Origin: Fimicolochytrium jonesii
Lineage: Eukaryota
Length of the DNA stretch: 64,000 nt
NCBI RefSeq assembly: GCF_025526975.1
Contig: NW_026515675.1
Location: 806,001 to 870,000, forward strand
Direction of reading: 5' to 3'
Position 1 is the stretch's first letter. Every line of letters begins with the position of its first letter. Shown in pieces: positions 35,150 to 47,291 of this stretch. The notes beneath the pieces are model-generated. The model saw nothing but the letters and a program-made list of their open reading frames with translations, did no database searches and had not been told where the DNA came from. Made by a program: the position numbers and the translations under genes.

Positions 35150-36115
35150 ATGCCCAAAGCACCCCCACGCCGAACTCAATCTGGTGCTGGAGCAGGCACG
35201 GGTAGGGACGACCGAAACTACTCCTGCCTTGCTCCTGGAGGAGTCTGCGTTGTTTGCGGGGCTCGGACGTCCGCTGCGTGGCGAACGGGCATTGTGAACA
35301 ACGTCAAGACAGCCAGGGCGGCCTGCAATAAGTGTGGGCGCGCGCAGGCATATCTGGACGCCATCGCTGCCCTCCCGGGCAAACCCGTCGTCCCCTCAAC
35401 CACCCTCCCCGCACCCGCCCCAGCCACCACGCACCTCACCCGCCAGCCCCCCGTCTCCGCCCACCATCCCCCCGTTTCCACCATCCCAAACCCCTCCTCC
35501 ACCATCCCAACCCCCGTCTCCACCGCCCAGCCCCCCGTCTCTGCCGCCGCTCCCACTGTCTCCGCCCCCCAGCCTCCCGTCGCCGCTGCCGCTCCCGTCG
35601 CCCCTATCCCCACCATCCCCATTGCAATCTCCGCCCTTCTCAACCCTGCCCCCATCCCCACCCGCCCCACCTGCGCTGCCGCCATAGCAGGGGTCGCAGC
35701 CGCAGCAGCAGCAGCAGCAGCGCCCACCCCGACGACCGGTGACAAGGAGGAGGGGTATGACGAGATGGCGCAGGAGGAGCTGGCCGCGCTTGAAGAGGAG
35801 GAGGGGCCCTGGAGGGCGTTGGGAAAGCTAGTGAGGGAGACGTGCGGTTCAACAACACGCCAGGCGATGAAGGCCCACACCATGCCCCTCTTCGACGCAC
35901 ACCGAGCGCGCCTGGCCGCTGCAAAGCAGAAGGCCGAGGAAGTGCGGGCTTTTACCCCCGCCTCCGACGACGCCGATGATGATGACGAGGAGTATACGTC
36001 GGTCGAGAGCAGCCTCCCACACTCGGAGTCCGTGTCGTCATACGGATCTACATCTGGTGGCGACGAGACAGCGGGCTCCGAGTTGTGGGAGGAGGAGGAT
36101 TATGCATTTGCGTGA
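35150..36115 (+). CDS. Intronless 321 aa protein: GATA-like C4 zinc finger, Pro/Ala-rich repeat, acidic tail
   Basis: CVVC-GARTSAAWRTG...-CNKCG (C-x2-C-x22-C-x2-C) with the GATA-type WR.G and CNxCG motifs; preceded by a CAA-repeat leader. Confidence 0.6.
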   Translation: MPKAPPRRTQSGAGAGTGRDDRNYSCLAPGGVCVVCGARTSAAWRTGIVNNVKTARAACNKCGRAQAYLDAIAALPGKPVVPSTTLPAPAPATTHLTRQPPVSAHHPPVSTIPNPSSTIPTPVSTAQPPVSAAAPTVSAPQPPVAAAAPVAPIPTIPIAISALLNPAPIPTRPTCAAAIAGVAAAAAAAAAPTPTTGDKEEGYDEMAQEELAALEEEEGPWRALGKLVRETCGSTTRQAMKAHTMPLFDAHRARLAAAKQKAEEVRAFTPASDDADDDDEEYTSVESSLPHSESVSSYGSTSGGDETAGSELWEEEDYAFA

Positions 36116-36319
36116 GGGTGAGTTCATCATTGTCTCCGAGACAACTGTCTCCGCCATCTCCACTGCTCCTGACACACGCTCTCTCATCATAGAGCAAATC
36201 GCGAGGCTGCCCCTATTCCGGGCTGTCTCCATCGATCGCGGGAGTTGAGAGCGGACCGTTCCATGAGATCAGAATGCAGAGCGACGGCGACTGAATTCGA
36301 TCTGCAGTCTGAGAGGGAG

Positions 36320-36474
36320 TGTTTATAAACAACCCGTTTCAGCAGGAATAAAACGAAAAGGACCGTGAGGCAGAGGAAAAATGGTCGTGGCTCGAGCTGT
36401 TTGAGAGTGGGTAAGGTTGCTTTCTGTTGCGATACATAGTACGCCAATAGAGCGTCCGAGAGAGCGTTCCATCA
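36320..36474 (+). repeat. Second, diverged Copia-like LTR (155 bp) preceded by a PPT
   Basis: GAGAGGGAG (36311-36319) then TGTTTATAAACAACCCGTTTCAGC matching the left LTR start; the central GAGCTG.TTG and terminal GTTCCA..CA are also shared. Confidence 0.6.
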
Positions 36475-36660
36475 CGTGGGTTTCATCACGTGAGCGTTGC
36501 GCAGGCTTTAATAAGTCTGATTACGGCGAGAACGACGCGAGGGCAGACGAGCGGGCGCACCTCTAAACTCACACCAACGCAACCCCAACCCTTTGTTACT
36601 TACACACTGCCCCCTGCACAACACAGCCCGCACCGGCAACCCCTCCCCACCCACCCCAGA

Positions 36661-38975
36661 ATGTCAGCAGAATCAAAAGAAACCATCCCACCACCCGAGC
36701 CCTCCCCCACCACTCCGCCCGCCGCCGCCGCCGCACCCTCCTCCTCCTCCTCGAAAAAGTCCAAAAGCAAAGATGCAAAGAAGGGCGCGAAAGATCTCGC
36801 GAAAGCAGAGGCGAAGGAGTTGAAGGAGGCCAAGAAGGAGGAGAAGGCGGAGAAGAAGGAGGAGAAGGAGCAGGAGCAGCGGTTGGAGGAGGTGTTGCGG
36901 AAGGTTTGTTGTTGAAACTTTCATTCCGTGATGGGTTGTTGTTCGAGAACCCACCCCCGCTGAACGACTACTATATACCTCTTCTTTTTTTTGGTAGTTG
37001 GCGAAGATCGACCTGCTTCAGAATCTGGCGAACGATCCGAAGTTTAAGAAGAAGGCGAAGGATACGATGGAGAGTTATCGGTTTTGGAAGACGCAGCCTG
37101 TGACTCGTGTTGGTGCGTGTCGGTGGTATTTGTTACAGGGGGTGTGCGCGCAGGGTGGGAGGAGGAGCGATGGAACCATTTGTAGCAGGAGGTGGTTGCC
37201 GGGGCGGTTGGTGGAAAGGGGGGAAGATGTGTCCCAGAGCACGAGGAAGGGTAGACGAAACACAGCCGGCGGGGACTCTCGATCCCAAAAGACTCACCGT
37301 TCAACAACGTCTCGCCTAACCAAACCCCCCACCCTCTTCACCGAACTCCGCAGACGAGACGGTAGAAACCGAAGGCCCCATCGAACCCAACCGCCCCGCC
37401 AGCGAGATCCGACAAGAGCCGTACCCCCTCCCCAAAGATTTCGAATGGGCGATCGTGAACGTCGAGGACCCCGTGCAGCTGAAGGAGCTGTACGAGCTGC
37501 TCTCGCTGAACTATGTGGAGGATGATGACGCGATGTTTCGGTTTGATTATTCGGCGGAGTTTTTGAATTGGTACGGGGGGAGGGTGATGGGGGATGTTAC
37601 TTTTTGGGTCATGGCATGCTGGATTGTGGTTGATGATGTGACTTTTTTCTGGATAGGGCGCTGAAATCCCCCGGCTGGAAACGCGAATGGCACATCGGCG
37701 TCCGTGTCGCTTCCAACAAGAAACTTGTCGCGTTCATCAGCGGGATCCCCGCGCATCTGCGGGTCAACACAGCGTAAGCCCCCTGTCACATCATTCCCCC
37801 ACTATACACCCCCAACCTCACCCAACCCGCCGCTTTTATTTTCCCCAGCGCCCAGACACTCGTAGAAATCAACTTCCTCTGCGTACACAAGAAGCTGCGC
37901 TCGAAACGCCTGGCTCCTGTCTTGATCAAGGAGGTCACGCGGAGGGTTAACCTGGAGGGTATTTTCCAGGCGGCGTATACTGCGGGCGTTTATTTGCCGA
38001 CGCCTGTTGGGACGGCCAGGTGGGTTGATGCGTGTGTGGGGGACCGGAGGAGGGTTGGGAAGTGGACAATTGACGTTTTTGGGGGTGGGGGATGCTCTCT
38101 TTAGGTATTACCACCGCTCACTCAACCCCAAAAAGCTGGTCGAGACCGGGTTCTCCCACATCGGACGCAACATGACCATGGCGCGGACTATCCGGCTGTA
38201 CAAGCTGCCAACGGTACGTGTCGTCACACGGATCCCATCAGACGCATGCTTTCCCTTATCTCACACCACTGGTTGGCATTCTAGGAAACAACAACACCAG
38301 GCCTCCGACCCATGCAACCCACCGACGTCCCGCAAGTCACCGCCCTCCTCAACAGCTACATGCAGAAGTTCCCGATGGCGCCATCGTTCAGCGAGGATGA
38401 AGTCAGGCATTGGTTGCTACCTGTGCCTACCGTTGTATTCAGCTACGTCGCTGTGGTGCGTCTGTCTGTCCCCGTCACCCCCCGTTCTTTGTCAATTGTC
38501 TTCCTGCATGGACGCTGACTCATATGAAAATAGGACCCGACAACAACGAAGATCACAGACTTCTTCTCCTTCTACTCCCTCCCGTCCAGCGTGATCGGCC
38601 ACCCCGTGCACAAACACATCAACGCCGCTTACCTGTTCTACTATGCGCCGAAGGGGCTGGGTGCGGATGAGGAGCGGACGAGGGGGTTGATAAACGATGC
38701 GTTGGTTTTGGCTGCTAAGGTAATGTGATATTGTCGCGTGGGGGATGTTGGGACATTTGTAATCAGTTCGTCACTGACTCGGGGCCCCACTCCCGCCGGA
38801 TGATGTGTGAAAACAGGAAAACTTCGACGTCTTCAACTGCCTCAACCTGATGCACAACCAGAGCTTTGTCGACACGTTGAAGTTTGGGAAGGGGGATGGG
38901 AACCTGCATTATTACCTGTACAATTACCGGTGCAAGGAGCTGAAGCCGGAGGATGTTGCGTTGGTTTTGCTTTAG
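36661..38975 (+). CDS. NMT1: Glycylpeptide N-myristoyltransferase
   Basis: [80 protein letters not shown]; about 9 exons. Confidence 0.97.
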
Positions 38976-39012
38976 AGAGAGGGATCAGGAGCGGCCGTGC
39001 GGGACGAAAATA

Positions 39013-39044
<32 letters not shown>

Positions 39045-39249
39045 TGTTACCGCACAAGCGTATGCGGAAACATCACACGTTGGGGATGCAACGAAGTGGA
39101 ATCCTTACGGCACACGAAAGCATTTTGCGGCGTATACTTCCCCAAAGCGGCTTCCCCACCACACCCTTTCTCCGTCCCTCGTCGGTGTATATGTAATATA
39201 TGTACTGTATTTACAATCGACTCATCCGCATCGTACGCTACGTTTTTGC

Positions 39250-41165
39250 TCATTGCGCGGGGATAAGGCGGGCGGAGGTGGTGGATGTCCTTGCTGGTGC
39301 TTTTTCTTTTTCTTTTTCTCGGCGACGGGAGCTGGTGGTGGTTGGGGTGGTGGTGGTTGCCGCGAGGTCTTTGAGTTTGCGGTCGTTTGCGCGCTTGAGT
39401 TTTTGGAGTTCTTCTCTGCGGGTTGCAAAGCGAGAGAAAAACGGGGGGTTTGGATACCAAGACTTCCGATGGGGTGTTGAAAGGAAAGCCGCGACCAACA
39501 TACTCTTTCTGAGCCCGCAACGCATCCACGGCCGGTTCCGGGAACTTGTCAAACTCCACCCTCGTCCTTCGTCCCTCCTCCACACCTTCGCCCTCAATCC
39601 CCCCCTCCACCTCCACCTGCTCGTCCGGCTCCCGATCCCCCACGTTGCCAGGCGGCGGCCAAACGCCGTCCACATCCCTCTTCCACGCCTCCCACCCCAC
39701 CCGCGCCCGGCCCCCGCCCACCGCGTCCTCCCTGCCCAGGGACTTCAGCACGCCGGGCGGCCCGCCAATCGCAGCGAGCGAGTCCTGCCCTGCGAGCACA
39801 ACCACCGGTTTGTTGGCGTCCGTGGACAGCGTGCGGGGCGCGGAGGTCTTGAAGGCGTGGTGGGAGAGCAGGGAGCGGAGAGAGGGGGTTGGAGAGGGCG
39901 AGGTGAAGAGGAGGGAGGCGCCGTGCGTGTGGGCGAGGTAGCGGAGGGATTTCAGGAGGAGTTTGCGGGGGTCGCTGGCGGGGGGGGGGGAGGGGGGTTA
40001 GATGGGGATACTAGGGGCCGGGGAAAGGGAAGGGTGACTTACGATTCCATGTCTTTGAAGAGGTCGTAGTGGGTTCCGATGATGACGAGGGGGACCAGGG
40101 AGGGGTTGAGGAATTCCCTACCGACCAAGATATCAGTCCAACTCCTTTCCGTCCGCCATTCCCGAACCACCCTGAACGCGCCAACCCCTGCACGTACTTA
40201 TCCGGATGCAGCCCCTTCTCATCCTTTTCCTTCTCGTCCTTCTCTCCTGTCCCACCCATAAACTTGCGCCACGCAAACTGTCGTAGCGCCTTGGGCCGCT
40301 TTGACCCGCGGGCTTCGAGGCGGGCGAGGATCTGAGTGGTCGTTGTGTGGAGGCGGGGGAGGAGGGTGGTGAGGGTGTGGATTGTTTCTGCGGGCTGTGG
40401 GTGGAAAATGATCAGTGGGAAAATGATCAGTGGGGTGGATACCGGGGGAGGGGGGAGGGGGGAAAGCAGGGGAAGGTGGGAGATAAACCTACCTTTGAAA
40501 GATTGACGACGATGACGAATGTAGAGGTGTGGATGTTGGTTTCCTTGAGGGGGATTGAGACTAGTTCGGAGAGACGGATGCCGCCGGCTGCATAAACAAT
40601 AAGTCAACGGCAAAATGTGAGCTCGGCCCATCGCGATGTTGAATGCACGTAGGAACGTCACATCCTCCGCCCGGTAACGCACCGATCTCCCAGATATGCG
40701 CCACATCCTTCACAGCGTTCATCCCACCCCGCGTGCGTCGTGCGAACGTGTACTCCATGCCGACCGTTGGTGTTGGTGGGTCATCTAGCGGTGCGACGAG
40801 TTAGAGACGTCGGTACTGATGCAAGTGGTGTCAATGGATTGAATCCCCACCTCGATCCAGAAACCGCAGCACGACACTGGTTTTGCCTGCCCCGCGCGAT
40901 CCGACAAAGATGAGCGTGCTCTCGATGGGTGCATCGGGCGCTGCGGGAAAAGTGATATAGGTGAGAAGCCTAAGTCGGAAATCGTAAACGGGTCCTAACC
41001 TTCACCGCTCTTCTTCTCCGCCGCCTTCATCTCCTTGACGAGCGTCCATATATCTCGTGTCCCCTTGCGGCTGGCTGGGGCCTCGTCCTTGCCGCTGCCG
41101 CCGGACAGCGAGGTCGTTGACCCGGTGGCTTTTGATCTGCCGGCGGATGACGATGATTTTAGCAT
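39250..41165 (-). CDS. DYNC2LI1: Cytoplasmic dynein-2 light intermediate chain (retrograde IFT)
   Basis: DIWTL, GKTSVVLRFLDR, PTVGMEYTFARRTRG..KDVAHIWEI, LVLAGQDSLAAIGGPP, FPEPAVDALRAQKE; multi-exon. Confidence 0.85.
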
Positions 41166-41552
41166 GAATGAGCGAGCGAGTTTTCTTAGTGTTTAAAGGT
41201 TGCAGAGAGAAAAGCGTTCTCTCTCTTATGCTAGATCCGCGCGAGAAAGCAGCCCCCTTCCGCCGGTGTGCTCACGCGTCATTAAAATCCCTCGAGAGCA
41301 CGTGACTTGGCACTTCGACGTGGTACGATCGGACATCATCAGGGAAGGAAGAGGTGCGACAGCGGAAAGGGACGCCTGCTCACTCTTATTATCCAAGCAC
41401 CCCCACGAACAACGACCACGACGGCCGCCGCCCCCCGAAATATAAAGCGCAACTAGTTTGTCTTCGGGCAGAACCGTCATCTCCCTGCGTCCACTCCGCA
41501 GCCGCCCCTCTCGACTCCGCACTACTCCCTACCCTCTCATCCAACCACCAAG

Positions 41553-43596
41553 ATGTCCACGGCCACACATCTCATCAACACCCTCGTCGAGGAGTTGGCC
41601 CAAAAAGCAACCTCCCTCTCCACCCACGACCTCCTCCTCGTCTCGGCCGCGACTCTCATCGCAACGGCAGTCACTGTCGTCGTGAGGACCGGAGGCGACC
41701 GTAAAGCAACGCAGTGGACTGCTGAAGATGGAACAGTTCTCTCGAGACCGCCTGCCCGCAACGGCTGGATCCCTTGGTTGGGCGTTGCGCTGCAATATGG
41801 CAAGAATCCGGATGCGTTTCAACGGAAATGCAGTGAGACGTTTGGTAAGTGGGAGACGATGGTTTGCGATGGGAGCCCGAGCGATAGAGAGCGAAGCGAG
41901 CAGTAAATGTGAGCGACCGCGAACAGTCGTCTTATTTGTGATGTCTTCAGTTGAGCGAACTCAAATGTTCCTCAACCGCTCGCGTGTCGCTCACTGTCAT
42001 TTTCAATACACATGGCCCAACCTCCTTTGTCGTCTAACCAATCAACGAACCAACCAACCTGTTACAGGTGATATCTTTAGCTTGCGAATCGGCGGAAAGC
42101 GGTTTATCTTGATCACAGACCCGTTCACCATCCCCAACGTGTACAAAATGACCAAAACGCTCTCGTTTTCTCCTTTGGCTGATCAAGTCACCGTGAACGC
42201 TTTTGGCGCTACCAAAGCATCGCCGAACAAAAACGTGAACGCTGCCATGCACACCCAGTACGCGCGATACTTGTCCGGCGAATCCCTCCGCTCCATGTCC
42301 GAATCCTTCGCATCCCACCTCAGCACCGTGCTCTGGGATGAATGCAAGGACCGCTCGTCCCAGGAGTTGAGCGACGGGTGGGAAATCGATCTGTATAGTT
42401 TCACGCGGTGGGTCATCTACGCTGCCTCCGCCAAAGCGACCTACGGCGACACATTCGATACGAAATCTACCTACGATGATTTCGTCACGTTTGATAAACA
42501 CTTCCCTATCCTTGCCGCGGGTGCACCGTCCATCCTTGTCCCGGAAGGCCGCGCCGCCCGCAAGCGACTGATCGCCTACCTCGCTACACTACGCAACTCA
42601 ACAATGCAAAACCAAGCGCCGATCGCGACAGCCCGTGACGAAGTGTTTGACCGGTTCGAGTTTGGTGATAACGATCGCGGCGCGTGGACGCTTGCGTTCT
42701 TGTGGGCTACACAGGGAAATTCTACCCCGACTGTGTTCTGGTACTACGCGTACGCCTTAACCCACGGCAATCTCTTCTCCGCCTTAACCTCTGAGGTCAA
42801 CCAAGCCATCACGCCCACCACAACTCCATCCTCCAACCCCTTTTCGGTCGCCGTCGACATACCCACTCTGGCATCCCTTCCCCGCTTCAACGCAACATTT
42901 TCCGAAACACTCCGTATGGCATCATCCACATTCTCCATCCGGGTCGCATTGGAAGACGTACGTATCAAACACGGCTCGAACGGTCACGAATACCTCGTTA
43001 AGAAGGGCGAGTGGATTGTGATTTCGACACGGTTTATCCATACCGATGCGGGGATTTTCGAACGGTCGGCGGATTTTGTGGACGATCGGTTCTTGGACGT
43101 CGTGGAGGAAGTCGAGGCCGGTGTCAATGCCGAAAGCAATACTCCCACCACCCCTGCTACCACCGCGACTCCGACACGGACGGACAGCGCCAAGGATATA
43201 GCCAGAACTGCCACAACAACAGCGAAACCAACAATAAAGAAACCCACCGCCAAGAAATTCTCAAAAGACGGCAAGCCCGTCCGGCACCACCTCCTCCCCT
43301 TCGGCGGCGGCGCCTCGCTCTGCCCCGGCCGTCACTTTGCGAGTTTTGAGATTAAGCTGTTTGCGGCTATGATGATGTACTTTTTTGATGTGGAGATTGT
43401 TGGTGGGAAGAATTCGAAGGATGAGAAGAGTGAGAAGAATGGGAAGGAGGGTGATGATGTTGGTGATGTGGATGAGGGAGTGAGTTTGCCGGAGATGGAT
43501 ATGACGCGCGCCGGTTTTGGTGTGCTCCCCCCTGTGGATGATTTGAGGGTGAGGATCAAGTTGAAGGGGCATGTGGTGGAGCGGATGGCTGCTTAG
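41553..43596 (+). CDS. Cytochrome P450, CYP7/CYP8-clan-like
   Basis: N-terminal TM, GWIPWLGVAL, I-helix LWATQGNS, ETLR, heme motif PFGGGASLCPGRHFA; intron at about 41846-42068. Confidence 0.92.
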
Positions 43597-45246
43597 ATAA
43601 GAATGAGGCAAGGAACCTGGGTGATTGGTTACGGTTCGTGGGATGTGTCTTTGTGTGGTTCTGTTATTTTGGAGGCACTTCTGGAACTTGGGTGGATGAG
43701 TTTTGGGGAGAAGGTGAGAGGGCAATGTGGGACTGGCATTGCTTTCTTCTCTTTCTTTCTGTTATACGGCGTTGGTCTTGGCACCGACATCTGGGCGCGA
43801 TTTCGGTCCAGAGGCCGGTTGCTGTGTACTGTATGTAGCAGTAGAGATCCGTACAGTATGTAGGTGTGAGTAGAAGAGACAGAATACATGTGTTAGCTCC
43901 TCGCTTTCGTCCCTGCGACACCGACGGCCCCTGTATCGGCGTCCCAAAACGGAGCTCACGCATTTCTCGTGGAGCATGTTAGGTCAATGCGGAGGGCGGG
44001 TTAGCAGGGCGAGTGGCTAGCCCCTCCCACCCGGGGATTGCCACTCTTTCGGTGATGTTGTTTGGGAAGGAGGCCTTATCATCACTGCCCGATCATCCGT
44101 CCAGATGTAGAAGATCTATGCTCTTCTGAAGAGGACTCGTACCATGCTTGTCATACCCAGAACGATCCCTTGCAAGGTTGACTACATCCCACGTCGCTGT
44201 CTGGGATTGCTACACTCATGCCTTACGTGGGGATCCCATAGGGGTAGCGGATGCATGAGGATGAAAGCGGCATGGTGGTCCTTGCAATTGGATGCCCCAC
44301 GACAGTCGAGGCTCAAGCCCCAAATGGGTGAGGCTACACCGTCTCTCCACATACTCGGGGGACCTGAAAATGCCATCTTATCACATACACAGACCCGGAG
44401 CGATGTCCCCCATCTGTGGACCCCGACGATCTTGCATGTGAAAAAGGGACGGTTTCTGAGTTGATGCTTTCCGCAGGGGTGTTGTGGCGGCCCCTAGGGT
44501 GTTGATTCAAACCAGCCCTACACATGCAATGACTGGTCCGAGCTAGTACGAGGCCCTGGGTGTTCAGCATAGGCCATCTATACTGTATGCGGAGGAAGAT
44601 CAGGATCGTTATCGCACGCCCTGTTTCGCTGCGAACTTCCGCTACCAGTCTTCCACGGCGGGGCTTTGGGAGCAGCGCAGTACGGGGAATGGATTGTACT
44701 GTATACGTCACGCGGAAAAGCCATGCAACTTGATGCGAGCAGCGAGCGGACCGCCCGGAAGTCGAAATAGGGCCACAAAGCATATGAAGGCGGCGAGGAA
44801 ATCGATACGCAGAGTGAGAGCAACCGTGCGTAACGTTCGGACTTGCACGCGCCTCTCGCAGAAAAAGGAACACCTCGCGGATTTCACACCTCCTGCCAGC
44901 GATATCCGTAGACTTTCCCCTCGTGTGCATACCACCCAACCCATACCCATACCCATACCCAGCGGTTTCCTACCAGCACCAAGGCCTCTTTTTTTTTCCT
45001 CTCCCAAGTTGGCTCGGTCGGCCACAACTACATAGTACATACAGTACAGTACAAGGCGAAAAGTTTGCCCGACCCCACAACGCGCAGAATTTTCTCGTCT
45101 CTGAGTTTCTCTTCCGGGCCGGCTTCAAGAACCTTCTCGTGCTCCTCAAGCTTTCTGCTCTTATATCACCCCAACATCGACTCTGTTACCCCACACTCCA
45201 AAGTGGTCATCCCAGGTTCTGGCAACCCTCCTATCCCAAGAATACA

Positions 45247-46626
45247 ATGGCCGCACCCGTCGTTATCGAAGAAGCCGCGGCAATCACGGCCCCGCCGGCA
45301 TACAGCGAGGCAAGCATGGTCGATGTCGACGAGGAGAGATACCCGACGGTCGAGGACGACATTGTTGAGGAGGAGGATGAGGAAGCTGAACGACGACCGT
45401 TGCTTGGGTCTGCGGCGCGGGCGGCTGAACACCGGTTGTTACAGAGGAGGGAACTTGTTGGGTTGTCGTTTATGGTGCGGTTTTGATGTCCCGTCACACT
45501 TGCTTTTGGAACAACGCATCGATTACTAATCTTCTACCGTTTTGCTATGCAGGCCCTCTCAGCGCTCCTCTTCTCCCTCATGTCCGTCCTCGTCAAAATC
45601 TCCGGGCAGGACTTCCCCTTCCTCGAGATCGTCTTTGCGCGCTCGCTCATCCAATTTTCCTGCGGCGTCGTCGCCTGCCTCGCTCTGGGCGTCATGCCCT
45701 GGGGTCCACCCACTCTCAACAAGTTCTGGCTGATTGCGCGCGGCAGCGCCGGGGCAACGGGTCTCGCGCTGTACTTTTACACGATCGTAAATATGCCGTT
45801 GGGCGACGGGATGACCATCTTCTTCACGGGCCCGGCGTTCACGGCGGTGTTGGCGTGGTTGTGTTTGGGTGAGCCGCTGACGAGGCTGGATATTGGCGCG
45901 ACGGTCGCGTGTTTGGCGGGCGTGACGTTGGTGTCGCAGCCTGAGTTCCTTTTCGGAGCGCATGACGATGCGAAACCCGGACATGGGAAGCCGCACCACC
46001 CTCACCATCAAGGCCTCCAAAACCCTGACGAGGCAGCAGCAGAGCAAGAAAGCGGAGACTCCCGTTTCTCGATATTGACCGGCGCCGGCAAAACAAAAGC
46101 AACCTCAGTCATCGCCCCCCTCGCCGCGCTCGCCGGCGCCATCATGTCATCCGTCGCCTACGTCCTCGTCCGCAAAATCGGCTCCCGCGCCCACTTCATG
46201 GTCCACGTCACCTACTTTGGCCTCATGTCCTCGCTTCTCTCCGGCTTTGCCCTGCTCATCACCTCCTCCCCCACCTCCACAACCACAACCTCGTCCCTCC
46301 CGGCCATCCCCCCAACCCAATGGACGCCCACTCAGTACCTCACCATGTGCTCAGTCGGCCTCTCCGCCTTCATCGCGCAATGTTTCCTCAACGCCGGCCT
46401 GCAGCGCGCCAACGCCGGCCCCGCGACGCTGATGCGGAACCTCGACATCGTGTTTGCGTTTGTGTTTGGGTTGGCGTTCTTTGGCGAGGTGCCCAGGGTC
46501 ACGAGTGTTCTTGGCGCGGCGCTCATCCTCGGCGCTACCGCCACCGTGGCGCTTTGGAAGTGGTACGGGAGCTTGCGGAGGCGCGGGGAGGACACCAAGC
46601 GGGAGGGTGGGGCCGATGAGCCGTAA
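45247..46626 (+). CDS. EamA/DMT (SLC35G-like) transporter
   Basis: EIVFARS, MPLGDGMTIFFTGPAFT, LGEP, VTLVSQPEFLFG, AYVLVRKIG, AGPATLMRNLDIVFAF; intron at about 45475-45552. Confidence 0.92.
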
Positions 46627-47291
46627 GATGTGCAACATGGGGATTCTGTGACGAGACACCTGTCGGGGAAAAGCCCCTTGACACCCCACAGTCCGGTTCA
46701 CGTGGCTCTCAACGCCTTCCCAAAATAATATAGAAAACAGGCATATACCCCCCCTATTCCCGAAACCGCCCTGCCGTCCCGTTCGCCATCACTACACGAG
46801 TTCCCGAACCCCTCACGACGACACACAGCGGATCCCGACTCAATATCCCCCCTCCCAGCACACCGCCACCTTCCCGGATCTCCACTCGGACGGATGATCC
46901 CCTCCGCGGCGTAAACCAGAGGTAGCTAGCGGTATATAGGATGTGATGCGGTTTATGTAATCTGATGGAGTGATGGGTTTCCGCTGGTGGTGGCGGGGCG
47001 GATGGGATGTGGAGGGGGCTGGGCTGGGTTTGTCATTCTGCGCCTTTTCTTGCCCCCTTTTTTTCCCCGTTTCTTTGCGCGTTCCGCTTCAGCTGCTTTT
47101 GTAATGAATGTCGAAATTGTAACAGACTCTCAGTTGATGGGTTTCATGTATTTGAAAAATCTACCAGCGGAAGCCGTGCGTGTGTTATATACACGCCGTA
47201 AACGGGGGACTAAACTCCTTTCCAAACAAGATCAGCCGCTGACGTTTGCCCCACCATTACATTTCCCCTCCTAGCCTACGCCTTAAATTAT

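Larger units (their letters stand above)
33156..36474. mobile_element. Composite non-autonomous element with two inverted Copia-like 3' ends and an 8-10 bp flanking direct repeat
   Basis: Inverted ~105 bp homology between 33298-33410 and 36241-36343; ACGTGGGTTT at 33147-33156 and 36474-36483; termini TGTTGTGGAAC and GTTCCATCA. Confidence 0.7.

Noticed and set aside
33156..36474. Intact LTR retrotransposon or intact DIRS element
   Set aside because: No gag, RT or integrase ORFs; the LTR-like ends are inverted and diverged, and only short RNase H and YR tails remain.
39016..39044. Long poly-G run after NMT1 (similar runs near 31623 and 39979)
   Set aside because: Homopolymer runs recur in introns and UTRs here and their lengths are error-prone; no specific function is supported.
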